Shown here: piece after piece, positions 38,647 to 48,409 of the stretch
How the letters are laid out: each line of letters starts with the position of its first letter
How positions within the stretch are numbered: position 1 is the stretch's first letter
Assembly: GCA_947457395.1 (NCBI GenBank)
Contig: CANGVA010000001.1
Span: 195,687-259,686 of the forward strand
Source: Bacteroidota bacterium
GTDB taxonomy: Bacteria; Bacteroidota; Bacteroidia; UKL13-3
Direction of reading: 5' to 3'
DNA: 64,000 nucleotides
Notes under the pieces: model-generated
The model's input: the letters and a program-made list of their open reading frames with translations, nothing else
Database searches by the model: none
What the model was told of the DNA's origin: nothing
Position numbers and translations under genes: made by a program

Positions 38647-39915
38647 ATGAAGATGAAAAATAAATTATTAATAAGTTTACTGGTACTTGTCACTACACGT
38701 TTATTTGCCCAGCAAATACCTGTTATAATACAAGATGGAATGTTTCATTTAGGTAATGGCCGGGTTATGGAAAATGGCTTTCTGGTAATGCTGGAAGGAA
38801 AGATTGCTTTTATTGGCAAGGAACTACCTGCCTTTTATAAAAATGCAAAAGTTATTGATGCAAAGGGTAAACACATTTACCCGGGTTTTATTTGCATGAA
38901 TACCTATGTGGGTTTAAATGAAATTGATGCCGTGCGCGCCACCAGAGATTATCAGGAGGTGGGATTGTTTAATCCCAATGCACGCGCTCTAATTGCCTAC
39001 AATACCGACTCTAAGATTATACCTACTGTAAGGTACAACGGCATTACACATGTGCAAGCTGTGCCGCAAGGTGGCGTTATAAGCGGCTCATCCAGTGTGA
39101 TGAAAACTACCGGATGGAATTGGGAAGATGCCGCTGTGCTTGCAGATGAGGGCATACACCTGAACTGGCCTGAGCACTACATACAAACCGGTTGGTGGGC
39201 AGAGCCGGGTGAGGTTCAGAAAAACAAAACCCGCGAACAGGTAGATGCCATAGCTGATTTTTTTAGAGAAAGCAAGCGTTATGCAAGTGTTCGCAATCCG
39301 GAGAAAGCAAACCTGCGATACGAAGCAATGAAAGGAGTGTTCAATGGCAACAAAAATGTATATGTTCATATTAATAGTGCCAAGGGTATTCTTTCCGCTA
39401 TTCAGTTTTTTAAATATTATCCTGAAATAAAATGGGTGTTGGTTGGTGCAAGTGATGCGTGGAAAGTTGCAGATTTAATTAAGGAAAACAATATACCGGT
39501 AGTGTTAAGTCAGTTACATAGACTTCCAAATGCCAATGCAGAGGATATTGATATGCCTTTTAAACTTCCCTATCTGCTTATGCAAAAAGGAATTCAGGTA
39601 GCAATAGGTCATAGCGGCAGTTGGGAAAGCAGGAATGTAATGTTTAATGCAGGTACTGCCGCAGCAAATGGTTTAGGTAAGGAGCAGGCACTCATGTGCA
39701 TTACATCTATACCTGCTCAAATAATGGGGCTGAAAGATGTGGGTACACTGGAGCAGGGAAAACAGGCAAGTGTTATCATTAGTGAAGGAGATGCACTGGA
39801 TATGCGAACCAATAAAATGGCGTGGATGTTTATTAACGGAGAGGAAGTAGACAATAAAAACCAGCAGGTAGAGTTATATGAAAAGTATATGAACAAGTAT
39901 GGATTAAAACCATGA
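38647..39915 (+). CDS. Secreted amidohydrolase-like protein (HutI-like fold, lacks HxH)
   Basis: VIDAKGKHIYPGFI, GLNEI, GTLEQGKQA; signal peptide. Confidence 0.88.
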   Translation: MKMKNKLLISLLVLVTTRLFAQQIPVIIQDGMFHLGNGRVMENGFLVMLEGKIAFIGKELPAFYKNAKVIDAKGKHIYPGFICMNTYVGLNEIDAVRATRDYQEVGLFNPNARALIAYNTDSKIIPTVRYNGITHVQAVPQGGVISGSSSVMKTTGWNWEDAAVLADEGIHLNWPEHYIQTGWWAEPGEVQKNKTREQVDAIADFFRESKRYASVRNPEKANLRYEAMKGVFNGNKNVYVHINSAKGILSAIQFFKYYPEIKWVLVGASDAWKVADLIKENNIPVVLSQLHRLPNANAEDIDMPFKLPYLLMQKGIQVAIGHSGSWESRNVMFNAGTAAANGLGKEQALMCITSIPAQIMGLKDVGTLEQGKQASVIISEGDALDMRTNKMAWMFINGEEVDNKNQQVELYEKYMNKYGLKP

Positions 39916-40472
39916 GTAAGGAAGAACAAAATCCGTGGCAAACACTTCAAACAAATACGGTTTATGAGTCACCGTGGATAGCTGTGCATCATCATGATGT
40001 ATTAAATCCGGCAGGTAATCCGGGAACTTACTCTGTTGTTCATTTTAAAAAACTGGCCATTGGTATTGTTCCGCTAGATAACGAGATGAATACCTGGCTG
40101 GTTGGCCAGTATCGCTATCCGTTGAAGACATACACCTGGGAAATTCCGGAGGGTGGAGGCAACAGGGATGAAGCTCCTTTAACCTCCGCCAAGCGAGAGT
40201 TGTTGGAGGAGTGCGGGATTGAAGCAACCGAATGGCAACTTATTCAACAGCTACAATTGAGTAACTCTGCTACCGATGAATTGGCATTTTTATTTGTTGC
40301 AAGGGGATTAACCTATACACAGGCGCAACCGGAAGAAACAGAACAACTACAAATAAGAAAAGTGCCTTTTGATGAAGTTTATCAAATGGTATGTAATGGC
40401 GTAATCACAGATAGTTTGAGTGTGGCAGCCATATTAAAAGTGAGGTTGTTGTTGCAGGAAAATAAATTATAA
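39912..40472 (+). CDS. NUDIX hydrolase (ADP-ribose pyrophosphatase-like)
   Basis: QYRYP..WEIPEGG..AKRELLEECG Nudix box. Confidence 0.93.
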   Translation: MSKEEQNPWQTLQTNTVYESPWIAVHHHDVLNPAGNPGTYSVVHFKKLAIGIVPLDNEMNTWLVGQYRYPLKTYTWEIPEGGGNRDEAPLTSAKRELLEECGIEATEWQLIQQLQLSNSATDELAFLFVARGLTYTQAQPEETEQLQIRKVPFDEVYQMVCNGVITDSLSVAAILKVRLLLQENKL

Positions 40473-40482
40473 GCAAAAAGTC

Positions 40483-40995
40483 TCACGATAGTTTTTTGCG
40501 CATCATATAATCTTCACAAAGTCTTTTACCCAGCTGAAAACTTCTTTCTGAAAAAATTTCAAATCCGTTTTTCTCATAAAATTTTACTGCACGACTGTTC
40601 TCCTTCCACACGCCTAAAAAAAGATAATGAAAATTCTTTTGTATGGCATGCTCAATGGCCTTATCCATTAATAGTTGCCCTGCATCCTTGCCAAAATACT
40701 GTTTTAATACATATATTTTTTCAAGTTCAATGGTCTTGCCTTCAAGCCCGCTATATGAATTATTAGCAATGAGCTTAATATAACCAACAGATACATCTCC
40801 ATCTTCACAAAGGTAATAAGCAATTTCAGGGTTTTGTAAGTTTTGTTTGATTACATCAGGATGATAAGCTTTTGAGATATAAGCTTGCATATCATCCTCT
40901 GAATTAAAAGGCCTGAAAGTATCATAAAATGTTTCGCTGCCTAATGATACCAATATTTCTGTATCATTCATACCTGCTTTTCTTATGCTAAGCAT
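40483..40995 (-). CDS. GNAT N-acetyltransferase (PaiA-like)
   Basis: TFYDTF..N, ELEKIYV, LGVWKENSRAVKFYEKNGF. Confidence 0.9.
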   Translation of the reverse strand: MLSIRKAGMNDTEILVSLGSETFYDTFRPFNSEDDMQAYISKAYHPDVIKQNLQNPEIAYYLCEDGDVSVGYIKLIANNSYSGLEGKTIELEKIYVLKQYFGKDAGQLLMDKAIEHAIQKNFHYLFLGVWKENSRAVKFYEKNGFEIFSERSFQLGKRLCEDYMMRKKLS

Positions 40996-41365
40996 TTCTT
41001 CTTTCTGTTAAGTAATCTCTTAGCTGCATAGCTTTTATTACATATTCCCCCATCAGTTCTAAATCAATAGTGTCATGCTCAAACATTTCCCAATGTTTAA
41101 TTTGGGTTTGCCCTGCATCAACTGATAGTATCTGTGCTTCGTCAGGTATAAGTTTGCCATTACAAAAACCCAATACCATCCGTTTTTTCTTATATGTGCC
41201 CATGTACAACATCATGCCTTTATAATCATAAAACGGACAGTTATACCTGATGGTTTCTTTAATTTCCGGAAAAGTAGAAATCAGTTGTCTTACCTCTTTA
41301 AATCTTTGTTGCATCCATTGCGGTAGTTGCGCAACATAGTCATCAACTGAATAAACCCGATTCAT
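40988..41365 (-). CDS. DUF1801 (YdhG-like) domain protein
   Basis: SVDDYVAQLP..VRQLI..P..ETIRYNCPFY..LGF. Confidence 0.8.
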   Translation of the reverse strand: MNRVYSVDDYVAQLPQWMQQRFKEVRQLISTFPEIKETIRYNCPFYDYKGMMLYMGTYKKKRMVLGFCNGKLIPDEAQILSVDAGQTQIKHWEMFEHDTIDLELMGEYVIKAMQLRDYLTERRNA

Positions 41366-42052
41366 TTATTTTCTGGAAAAAATCAAATCAAGATTTCTTT
41401 TCGGCATGGCAAAATCCGGATAAATTTCTAAAGCTTTAAAATAACATTCCTTGGCTTTCTCTAAATTTTTTTGTTGCATATAAACAAAGCCAAGCATGTT
41501 CCATGCTGCAGCTTCCACAGGTACTTGTTGTTTGGTGCGTTCATCAGCAAAAACTTCCAGGATTTCTTTGCTGCCTTTGTAATTTGCCAATATATTATCA
41601 ATTGTTTTACGTGCTTCGGCAAGGTTGCCTGTTCCAACCTGTAATGAAGCAATTTGGGCTATGTATTGAACCTTACCGGTTGATTTATACAAATTAGTAA
41701 GGATGGCAAATTGTTCATCTACCTCTCCGGTTTCTTGCAGACATATTAATTTTATATTCTGGAACTTTTCATCGTTCGGATAGCGCTTTAAACTTTCTGT
41801 TACAGCGGAAAGGCATGCCTGTACATTGTTTACTGCGCCAAACAATTCCGGAAGCGAATCTCGCAAACCGTTGGTGGAGTCGCTAAGTAAAACCATTTGT
41901 ATCGCAGTAATCGCAGTTTGGTAATCTTTCATTGCCACGCTTTTTTCATATAACTTTTTATGGTCTGCAGTGGCACCTGTACCCTGATTAGATGATGGTT
42001 TACATGCAAAAAACAAGGTTAAGGCAATAATAGGAACGATTAGTTTTTTCAT
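41366..42052 (-). CDS. TPR-repeat lipoprotein
   Basis: Lipobox LFFAC; TPR AWNMLGFVY..AKECYFKALEIYPDF. Confidence 0.82.
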   Translation of the reverse strand: MKKLIVPIIALTLFFACKPSSNQGTGATADHKKLYEKSVAMKDYQTAITAIQMVLLSDSTNGLRDSLPELFGAVNNVQACLSAVTESLKRYPNDEKFQNIKLICLQETGEVDEQFAILTNLYKSTGKVQYIAQIASLQVGTGNLAEARKTIDNILANYKGSKEILEVFADERTKQQVPVEAAAWNMLGFVYMQQKNLEKAKECYFKALEIYPDFAMPKRNLDLIFSRK

Positions 42053-42055
42053 TGT

Positions 42056-43084
42056 TTATCTACTTTTAAATTGTTTTAGTTGGTTACAAATGTAAGCAAG
42101 CGTTTGGTTTATTGGTGTGAATGTGAATGGTAATGTTGATTCAATTTTGTGGCTATTGTAATAATATGCTTTCAATGAAGTTCTTGCTGTTTCGCGTGTT
42201 ATTGCAGGTTTTTTGCCCGTTGCCAGGTATTTTATATAATCTGCAGCCACGGCTAGTTTTGCAATAAAAGGGGTAACGCGTATAAACGGTTTCTTTTTTT
42301 GTAGCAAGGTTGCGGTGCTATTTAAAAAATCTTTCATTGATAAATTAGTTGCCACCAGCACATAACGTTGCCCAAATATTTTACGTTTAGTTAATTGAAT
42401 CATGGCCTTGGCAACATCATTTACATCAACATATCCATTTACACCTGTTGTGTAAAAAGGCATACCATTCCAAACCATATCAAATAGCTTGCAGGATCCT
42501 TTATGCCATTGGCCTACACCTAAAATTACTCCTGGGTTAACTATTACCACCTGCAGGCCTTCTTCCATTCCTCTCCAAGCCTCCATTTCAGCCTTGTGTT
42601 TACTAATGGCATAATTACTGTTCTCAGCAGATGTTGTCCATGCGGATTGTTCATCAATTTGCGCACCGGATTTTGCTCTACCCAATGCAGCAATAGAGCT
42701 AACATGGCACAATTCACTCACCCTGCATATAAGCGCAACATTTACCACATTGGCAGTTCCTTCTACATTTACACGCATCATGTCATTGCGGTCTTTTTTT
42801 AGAAATGATACCATAGCTGCACAGTGGTAAACCGTATCAACTCCTTCAAATGCTGTGGTTAGTGCCGGCACATCCATAATATCTGCATCCAGCCATTGTA
42901 GCCCGGAGAAGTATGCATCTTTTTGTGTTTGTGTATGGTTTTTAAAAAATGCATCAGCAATCAATTCAAACTCCTCAAGTGAAGATTGCATGCGTTTTAG
43001 TGCACGCACCTGTTTACCTGCCTGCAGTAAATGGCAAACAACATGTGCGCCTAAGAATCCGGTGGCTCCTGTTACAGCTATCAA
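42056..43084 (-). CDS. NAD-dependent epimerase/dehydratase (extended SDR)
   Basis: VTGATGFLG, YHCAA, HVSS, YAISK. Confidence 0.93.
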   Translation of the reverse strand: MIAVTGATGFLGAHVVCHLLQAGKQVRALKRMQSSLEEFELIADAFFKNHTQTQKDAYFSGLQWLDADIMDVPALTTAFEGVDTVYHCAAMVSFLKKDRNDMMRVNVEGTANVVNVALICRVSELCHVSSIAALGRAKSGAQIDEQSAWTTSAENSNYAISKHKAEMEAWRGMEEGLQVVIVNPGVILGVGQWHKGSCKLFDMVWNGMPFYTTGVNGYVDVNDVAKAMIQLTKRKIFGQRYVLVATNLSMKDFLNSTATLLQKKKPFIRVTPFIAKLAVAADYIKYLATGKKPAITRETARTSLKAYYYNSHKIESTLPFTFTPINQTLAYICNQLKQFKSR

Positions 43085-43112
43085 GGTGTGGATATGTTTA
43101 TTAAAGGGCGCT

Positions 43113-43120
43113 CAAAAATA
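43113..43120 (-). promoter_or_regulatory. -7 box TATTTTTG in a compact divergent promoter region
   Basis: Exact TAnnTTTG on the minus strand; near-match CTATTTTG on the plus strand at 43123-43130. Confidence 0.55.
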
Positions 43121-43150
43121 GGCTATTTTGTGGTGTTCATTTCTAAATGT

Positions 43151-44317
43151 ATGCAATTAGCTGATTTTTTAACGCCTGTGCCGGAATCCGTGTTTGGCAA
43201 TATGCCCGATAGCTCACCCAAAACCATGATTAATGTGGCAGATGTGTTTGTAAAACACATGCCTGAATTGGAAGGTGTTCATCTGGCCATTGTGGGTGTG
43301 CAGGAGGATCGCATGGCCGATTCACATCAAGGTGCTGCTATGTCGCCCGATGCCATTCGTAAGTATTTTTATCACTTGGTGCAGCCCAAGTTTGAGGTTA
43401 AACTGGTTGATTTAGGCAATATTATAGCTGGCAGCACGGTAAATGATACCTTTTTTGCGTTGAGTGAAGTTGTTTCTTATTTACTAGATAAAAAAATTAT
43501 TCCCATTATTCTTGGCGGCACACAAGATCTTGCCTATGCCCAATATACAGCCTACCAAGGCAGAAGACCTAATTTGCAACTGGCTGCATGCGACTCTAGG
43601 TTTGATTTAAAACAATATGAGGCAAATCCTTTTGCATCCAATTACCTCTATAAAATCATTGCGCATCAGCCCAATTACCTTTTTAATATTGTGCATTTGG
43701 CCAACCAAAATTATTTTATTGAGCAGGAAAGTTTTGATGCATTTGAGCGCATGAATTTCGATTCTCACAGGTTAGGCAGCATTAAAGGTAAAACAGCAGT
43801 AACAGAACCTTTGCTGCGCAATGCAGACATGTTTGTATTTAGTATGAACAGCATACGTGCTTCCGATTGCCCTGCCTCCATTGAGTCAAATCCCAACGGA
43901 TTATTTGGTGAAGAAGCATGCCAGATTATGCGTTATGCAGGTATGGGCAATGAATTAACCAGTGTGGGTATATTTGATATGAATGCATTAAAAGATATGG
44001 ATGGCCGAAGTGCCAAACTAGTTTCGCAAATGATTTGGTATTTTATTGAAGGATTTTATCACCGCAGAAACGATTATCCGCTGCCAGAAAGCAACGATTA
44101 TATGATTTACCGGATGGCATTAAAAAACAACCATTACGAGATTGTGTTCTATAAGCATGTGCTAAGTGATCGCTGGTGGATGGAAGTGCCTTACCCCAAA
44201 GAGCGTTCCAATCAAAGTGGTTCATTTATGGTGCCATGCAGTTATGAAGATTTTGCAGCTGCACAGAATGATGAAATCCCCGACAGGTGGATGAAGGCAT
44301 ATCAGAAGTTGTTATAA
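43151..44317 (+). CDS. Arginase/formimidoylglutamase-fold protein, metal ligands degenerate
   Basis: AIVGVQE, IRKYFY, DLGNI, PIILGG, PNGLFGEEAC..RYAG, QMIWYF, RWWME; ATG 43151 preferred. Confidence 0.85.
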   Translation: MQLADFLTPVPESVFGNMPDSSPKTMINVADVFVKHMPELEGVHLAIVGVQEDRMADSHQGAAMSPDAIRKYFYHLVQPKFEVKLVDLGNIIAGSTVNDTFFALSEVVSYLLDKKIIPIILGGTQDLAYAQYTAYQGRRPNLQLAACDSRFDLKQYEANPFASNYLYKIIAHQPNYLFNIVHLANQNYFIEQESFDAFERMNFDSHRLGSIKGKTAVTEPLLRNADMFVFSMNSIRASDCPASIESNPNGLFGEEACQIMRYAGMGNELTSVGIFDMNALKDMDGRSAKLVSQMIWYFIEGFYHRRNDYPLPESNDYMIYRMALKNNHYEIVFYKHVLSDRWWMEVPYPKERSNQSGSFMVPCSYEDFAAAQNDEIPDRWMKAYQKLL

Positions 44318-44486
44318 AGAGAGACTGCTTCGCTTAAAGAGGAAAGAAGTGAGGGACGGAACATTGAGTTATGAAGGTTTTATTCAATCGGTCTTACTTA
44401 TTACTTCATCAATTTTATTAAAAGCAGCACACGTAAGAGATATGTTAAATATGGAACGCTGAATGTATAATCTTATAATCTTTCAG

Positions 44487-47400
44487 TTATTCGCCCTTCA
44501 CCAACTTAATAGGTAACAATTTATGATTATCAATAAGCAGGTAATACATTCCACTACTTAAGTTATTTATATCAATACTCTCATTTTCTCTTTCTATAGT
44601 TCCTTTAAGCATTTCAACGCCTTTAGTATCTACTAATTTATAACTTGCCCCAATTAATATGGCATCCACTTTAATTGTAACTTCACTGATTGCCGGATTA
44701 GGAAAAACAAGTAATTTAGTGTTTTCTGCTAATTCATTTGCGCCAACGTTTATAATAGAAATGTCTAGAACTGCGCTATCACTGCATCCTTTATCATTAG
44801 TGACCAAAACATTTAACTTGCCTGTACCTGCAGTGAGCCATTGTATGGTAACCGAATTCGTACCCTGCCCACTCACAATGATTCCGTTGATAATATTCCA
44901 CTTATAGCTTACATTTAATTGTTGGGTTATGAGATAATTATAATTTGTAAGCGGATTTAAGCCTGTTGTAGGGCCAACTATTATACCTGTTTCTGGCTTT
45001 GTATTTACCGTTAAGTTTAAGGTTGCCGAACTATCACAACCAGCCGCATTGGTCAAGCCCGTTTTGGTTTGTGTTCCTGCAGCAGTAAATGTGAGCCCAT
45101 TCCAAGAATAAGGCAAAGCACTGGGGCAAATACTGAGGTTGGTAGTTGATGAGCTATTCGATTTTACAGTTAAGTTAAGCGTTGCCGAACTATCACAACC
45201 AGCTGCATTGGTCAACCCTGTTTTGGTTTGTGTTCCTGCAGCAGTAAAAGTAAGTCCGTTCCAAGAATAAGGTAAAGCACTAGGGCAAATACTGAGGTTG
45301 GTAGTTGATGAGCTATTCGATTTTACAGACAAATTAAGTGTAGCTGAACTATCACAACCAGCTACATTGGTCAACCCTGTTTTGGTTTGTGTTCCAGCCG
45401 CTGTAAATGTAAGCCCGTTCCAAGAATAAGGCAAAGCACTGGGGCAAATACTGAGGTTGGTAGTTGATGAGCTATTCGATTTTACAGATAAATTAAGTGT
45501 AGCCGAACTATCACAACCAGCAGCATTGGTCAACCCTGTTTTGGTTTGTGTTCCTGCAGCAGTAAAAGTAAGTCCGTTCCAAGAATAAGGTAAAGCACTA
45601 GGGCAAATACTGAGGTTGGTTGTTGATGAGCTATTCGATTTTACAGACAAATTAAGTGTAGCCGAACTATCACAACCAGCTACATTGGTCAACCCTGTTT
45701 TGGTTTGTGTTCCAGCCGCTGTAAATGTAAGCCCGTTCCAAGAATAAGGTAAAGCACTAGGGCAAATACTGAGGTTGGTTGTTGATGAGCTATTCGATTT
45801 TACAGATAAATTAAGTGTTGCCGAACTATCACAACCAGCTACATTGGTCAACCCTGTTTTGGTTTGTGTTCCAGCCGCTGTAAATGTAAGCCCGTTCCAA
45901 GAATAAGGTAAAGCACTAGGGCAAATACTGAGGTTGGTAGTTGATGAGCTATTCGATTTTACAGATAAATTAAGTGTAGCCGAACTATCACAACCAGCAG
46001 CATTGGTCAACCCTGTTTTGGTTTGTGTGCCTGCAGCGGTAAAAGTAAGTCCGTTCCAAGAATAAGGTAAAGCGCTAGGGCAAATACTGAGGTTGGTAGT
46101 TGATGAGCTATTTGATTTTACAGACAAATTGAGTGTAGCTGAACTATCACAACCAGTTGCATTGGTCAACCCTGTTTTGGTTTGTGTTCCTGCAGCAGTA
46201 AATGTAAGCCCATTCCAAGAATAAGGCAAGGCACTAGGGCAAATACTGAGGTTATTATTTGATGAGGTTGGTAATTTGACTAGTCCGTTTAACAGAATAT
46301 TTTGAGTGGCAGCCCAAGTAGTTGTGCAACTGATATTTCCTGTAGGTGTTCCGGAAGCCGCGCTGCTCATACGAACATAAATAGTGGTTATTCCTACCGA
46401 ATCAGCCGTACGATTAAGTATTATGCTTGATGTATAACCTGAAGATTGGCTGGTCGAAATCTCAAAACCCGAAGGTGCAGTTATGGTTATATTTGCTACC
46501 AAATTTATTCCACGAATGCTAAAACTTTGAGATGTTGAAGTGTTACCTGTGCATGCTGAAAAATTGGTTATACTTCCTGTACGAATTATCTCTGGTATCC
46601 TAGGATTATTGCGGTATACTGAAAGAGTATTGTTGGAAGTAAAGTATGAATTGGCAGTGGCCAGGTCGGGTGTACCATCAGCATTTAAATCACCAATAGC
46701 CAAAGAAAGTGGTTGAAGTCCTAATGGTGGCTGAGGGCCGTCAATAGTAGTTGCCGCACTCATACTCAATACACCACCAGAACCGTTATTACGCAATAGA
46801 GATAGATTACCGCTGGTCCCGTTAGCTACTGCTAAATCCAGCTTCCCGTCTCCATTTAAATCAGCTATGGCAACGGATGCAGGACTTGTTCCTGCTGCGT
46901 ACGACACCGGTGTTGCAAAACTAACTGCTGAAGTGGTACTGGTATTGCGCAGTACGAACACATTCGTGGTATTATTAGCCACTGCAACATCATGTTTCCC
47001 ATCTCCATTTAAATCACCAATAGCTAATGCATATGGATTGGCGCTAACTGTAAAATCGGTTTTTGTTGCGAAGCTTATCGAAGTTATAGTTGTATTTCGT
47101 AAAACTGAAACTACTCCAAAACCATCTGAAACAGCAACAATTTCAGGTTTCCCGTCTCCGGTAATATCACCAATACCCACGAACCGTGGTCCAGTAGATA
47201 CCTCAAAGTATACATCGCTTGCAAAACTAACTATACCGGGTGTACTCTGATTGCGGAAAACGGCAACATTAGTGAGGCCCATTCCACCCACTACAACAAC
47301 TTCAGGTTTTCCGTCTCCGTTAAGATCCCCTGAGGCTATTGATGTTGCTGTACCATTTAAGTTACTTATATTAAATTGTGAGGCCGTGGCAAAACTAATA

Positions 47401-48155
47401 TTGCCTAGTGAGCTAGTATTCCTGAGAACGGATATTTTCGCTTGATTTGCATTCAGTGAAATGATATCTGGTTTACCATCTCCGTCTATATCTGCGACCG
47501 TCAATGAAAAATTATTTCCTGCAGTAGTAAAATTCAATTTGGGTGCAAAATTAATATTCCCGCTACTGCTGGTATTGCGAAATACAGAAACTGTGTCAAT
47601 AAAATTGGGATTGCTAAGCGAGATATTGGCAGTTGTTAAATCTGGCTTCCCATCACCATCAAAATCACTAACAGCTATTACTTTCGGCTGTCCTCCTGCT
47701 GAGTAATCAATCCTCGGAGAGATATCTGTTGCAGCTATACTGTCTTTATTCGGACTAAATGTCGGAACGAAAAAAGCAGTACTATAAGCCGTTAAGGATG
47801 TTGCTGTATTCAAAACAGTAATTGGCGCATGTGTGGCGCCCGCAGGCACGGTAACGTTTATTGAAGTAGCACTTGCAGAAGTAACTGTTCCTCGCGTTGC
47901 TCCAAAAAAGACAATATTATTTGCAGCTGTGGTATTAAAGCCACTGCCTGTTATTGTTACTGAAGAACCAATTGTTCCGCTTGTTGGCGAGAAGCTAGTT
48001 ATAGACTGTGAGAATGACTCGTTAGCTATAAAAATAAGATTGGTAAAGATCAATATTTGTATAATTACCAACCTGCTAATTAAACTATAGTGGTGTACTT
48101 TATTGATTTGTTTCGTAATCAATAGCAGTTTCTTAGAATTTAATTGTGAGTTCAT
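44487..48155 (-). CDS. Surface adhesin-like protein: IPT/TIG + FG-GAP/VCBS repeats + 8 tandem Cys-pair modules + T9SS type-A CTD
   Basis: SITSFSPTSG..VTITGSGF; seven D(L/F/I)xGDG(K/T)x(D/E)-type Ca-binding motifs; CTD VFPNPA...SGMYYL...KLVK. Confidence 0.92.
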   Translation of the reverse strand: MNSQLNSKKLLLITKQINKVHHYSLISRLVIIQILIFTNLIFIANESFSQSITSFSPTSGTIGSSVTITGSGFNTTAANNIVFFGATRGTVTSASATSINVTVPAGATHAPITVLNTATSLTAYSTAFFVPTFSPNKDSIAATDISPRIDYSAGGQPKVIAVSDFDGDGKPDLTTANISLSNPNFIDTVSVFRNTSSSGNINFAPKLNFTTAGNNFSLTVADIDGDGKPDIISLNANQAKISVLRNTSSLGNISFATASQFNISNLNGTATSIASGDLNGDGKPEVVVVGGMGLTNVAVFRNQSTPGIVSFASDVYFEVSTGPRFVGIGDITGDGKPEIVAVSDGFGVVSVLRNTTITSISFATKTDFTVSANPYALAIGDLNGDGKHDVAVANNTTNVFVLRNTSTTSAVSFATPVSYAAGTSPASVAIADLNGDGKLDLAVANGTSGNLSLLRNNGSGGVLSMSAATTIDGPQPPLGLQPLSLAIGDLNADGTPDLATANSYFTSNNTLSVYRNNPRIPEIIRTGSITNFSACTGNTSTSQSFSIRGINLVANITITAPSGFEISTSQSSGYTSSIILNRTADSVGITTIYVRMSSAASGTPTGNISCTTTWAATQNILLNGLVKLPTSSNNNLSICPSALPYSWNGLTFTAAGTQTKTGLTNATGCDSSATLNLSVKSNSSSTTNLSICPSALPYSWNGLTFTAAGTQTKTGLTNAAGCDSSATLNLSVKSNSSSTTNLSICPSALPYSWNGLTFTAAGTQTKTGLTNVAGCDSSATLNLSVKSNSSSTTNLSICPSALPYSWNGLTFTAAGTQTKTGLTNVAGCDSSATLNLSVKSNSSSTTNLSICPSALPYSWNGLTFTAAGTQTKTGLTNAAGCDSSATLNLSVKSNSSSTTNLSICPSALPYSWNGLTFTAAGTQTKTGLTNVAGCDSSATLNLSVKSNSSSTTNLSICPSALPYSWNGLTFTAAGTQTKTGLTNAAGCDSSATLNLTVKSNSSSTTNLSICPSALPYSWNGLTFTAAGTQTKTGLTNAAGCDSSATLNLTVNTKPETGIIVGPTTGLNPLTNYNYLITQQLNVSYKWNIINGIIVSGQGTNSVTIQWLTAGTGKLNVLVTNDKGCSDSAVLDISIINVGANELAENTKLLVFPNPAISEVTIKVDAILIGASYKLVDTKGVEMLKGTIERENESIDINNLSSGMYYLLIDNHKLLPIKLVKGE
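45008..46270 (-). repeat. Eight tandem 159-bp (53-aa) coding repeats
   Basis: Anchor gggcaaatactgagg recurs from 45124 to 46237 (1113 bp = 7 x 159); unit LSICPSALPYSWNGLTFTAAGTQTKTGLTNxxGCDSSATLNLxVKSNSSSTTN. Confidence 0.97.
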
Positions 48156-48340
48156 TATTTATTATTTTTAAGATTAGTATCTGTTTTAATGAAATTCAGA
48201 TTAAACTGGTGTCGCAAACAAGTTCTAAATAATAATTATCCTATTATTAATTGGAAATACTCATTGTTAATTAAAGCGTCTTTTAAAATTACTTTTAAGT
48301 GTTTTTATTTTGCTATTCATTTAATTATTAGCAATATAAA

Positions 48341-48358
48341 GTTATCATAAATGATAAC
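48341..48358. promoter_or_regulatory. Perfect palindrome GTTATCAT-AA-ATGATAAC, candidate XRE operator
   Basis: 8-bp perfect inverted repeat with 2-nt spacer in the divergent intergenic region between adhesin and XRE gene. Confidence 0.65.
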
Positions 48359-48409
48359 CAAATTTTTATTCAATAGGCCAACATTTGCTGATGTTAATCA
48401 AGAGCAAGT

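Noticed and set aside
44321-44333. gagactgcttcgc resembling part of a REP-type repeat
   Set aside because: Fragment too short, the rest of the element is absent, and I saw no second copy in the window.
45008-46270. Regular repeats as a possible CRISPR array
   Set aside because: Units are contiguous 159-bp in-frame coding repeats with no unique spacers, and there are no cas genes.
48341-48358. Palindrome as a Fur box
   Set aside because: Half-sites resemble ATGATAA but are oriented and spaced unlike the 7-1-7 TGATAAT-n-ATTATCA consensus; the adjacent XRE is a simpler explanation.
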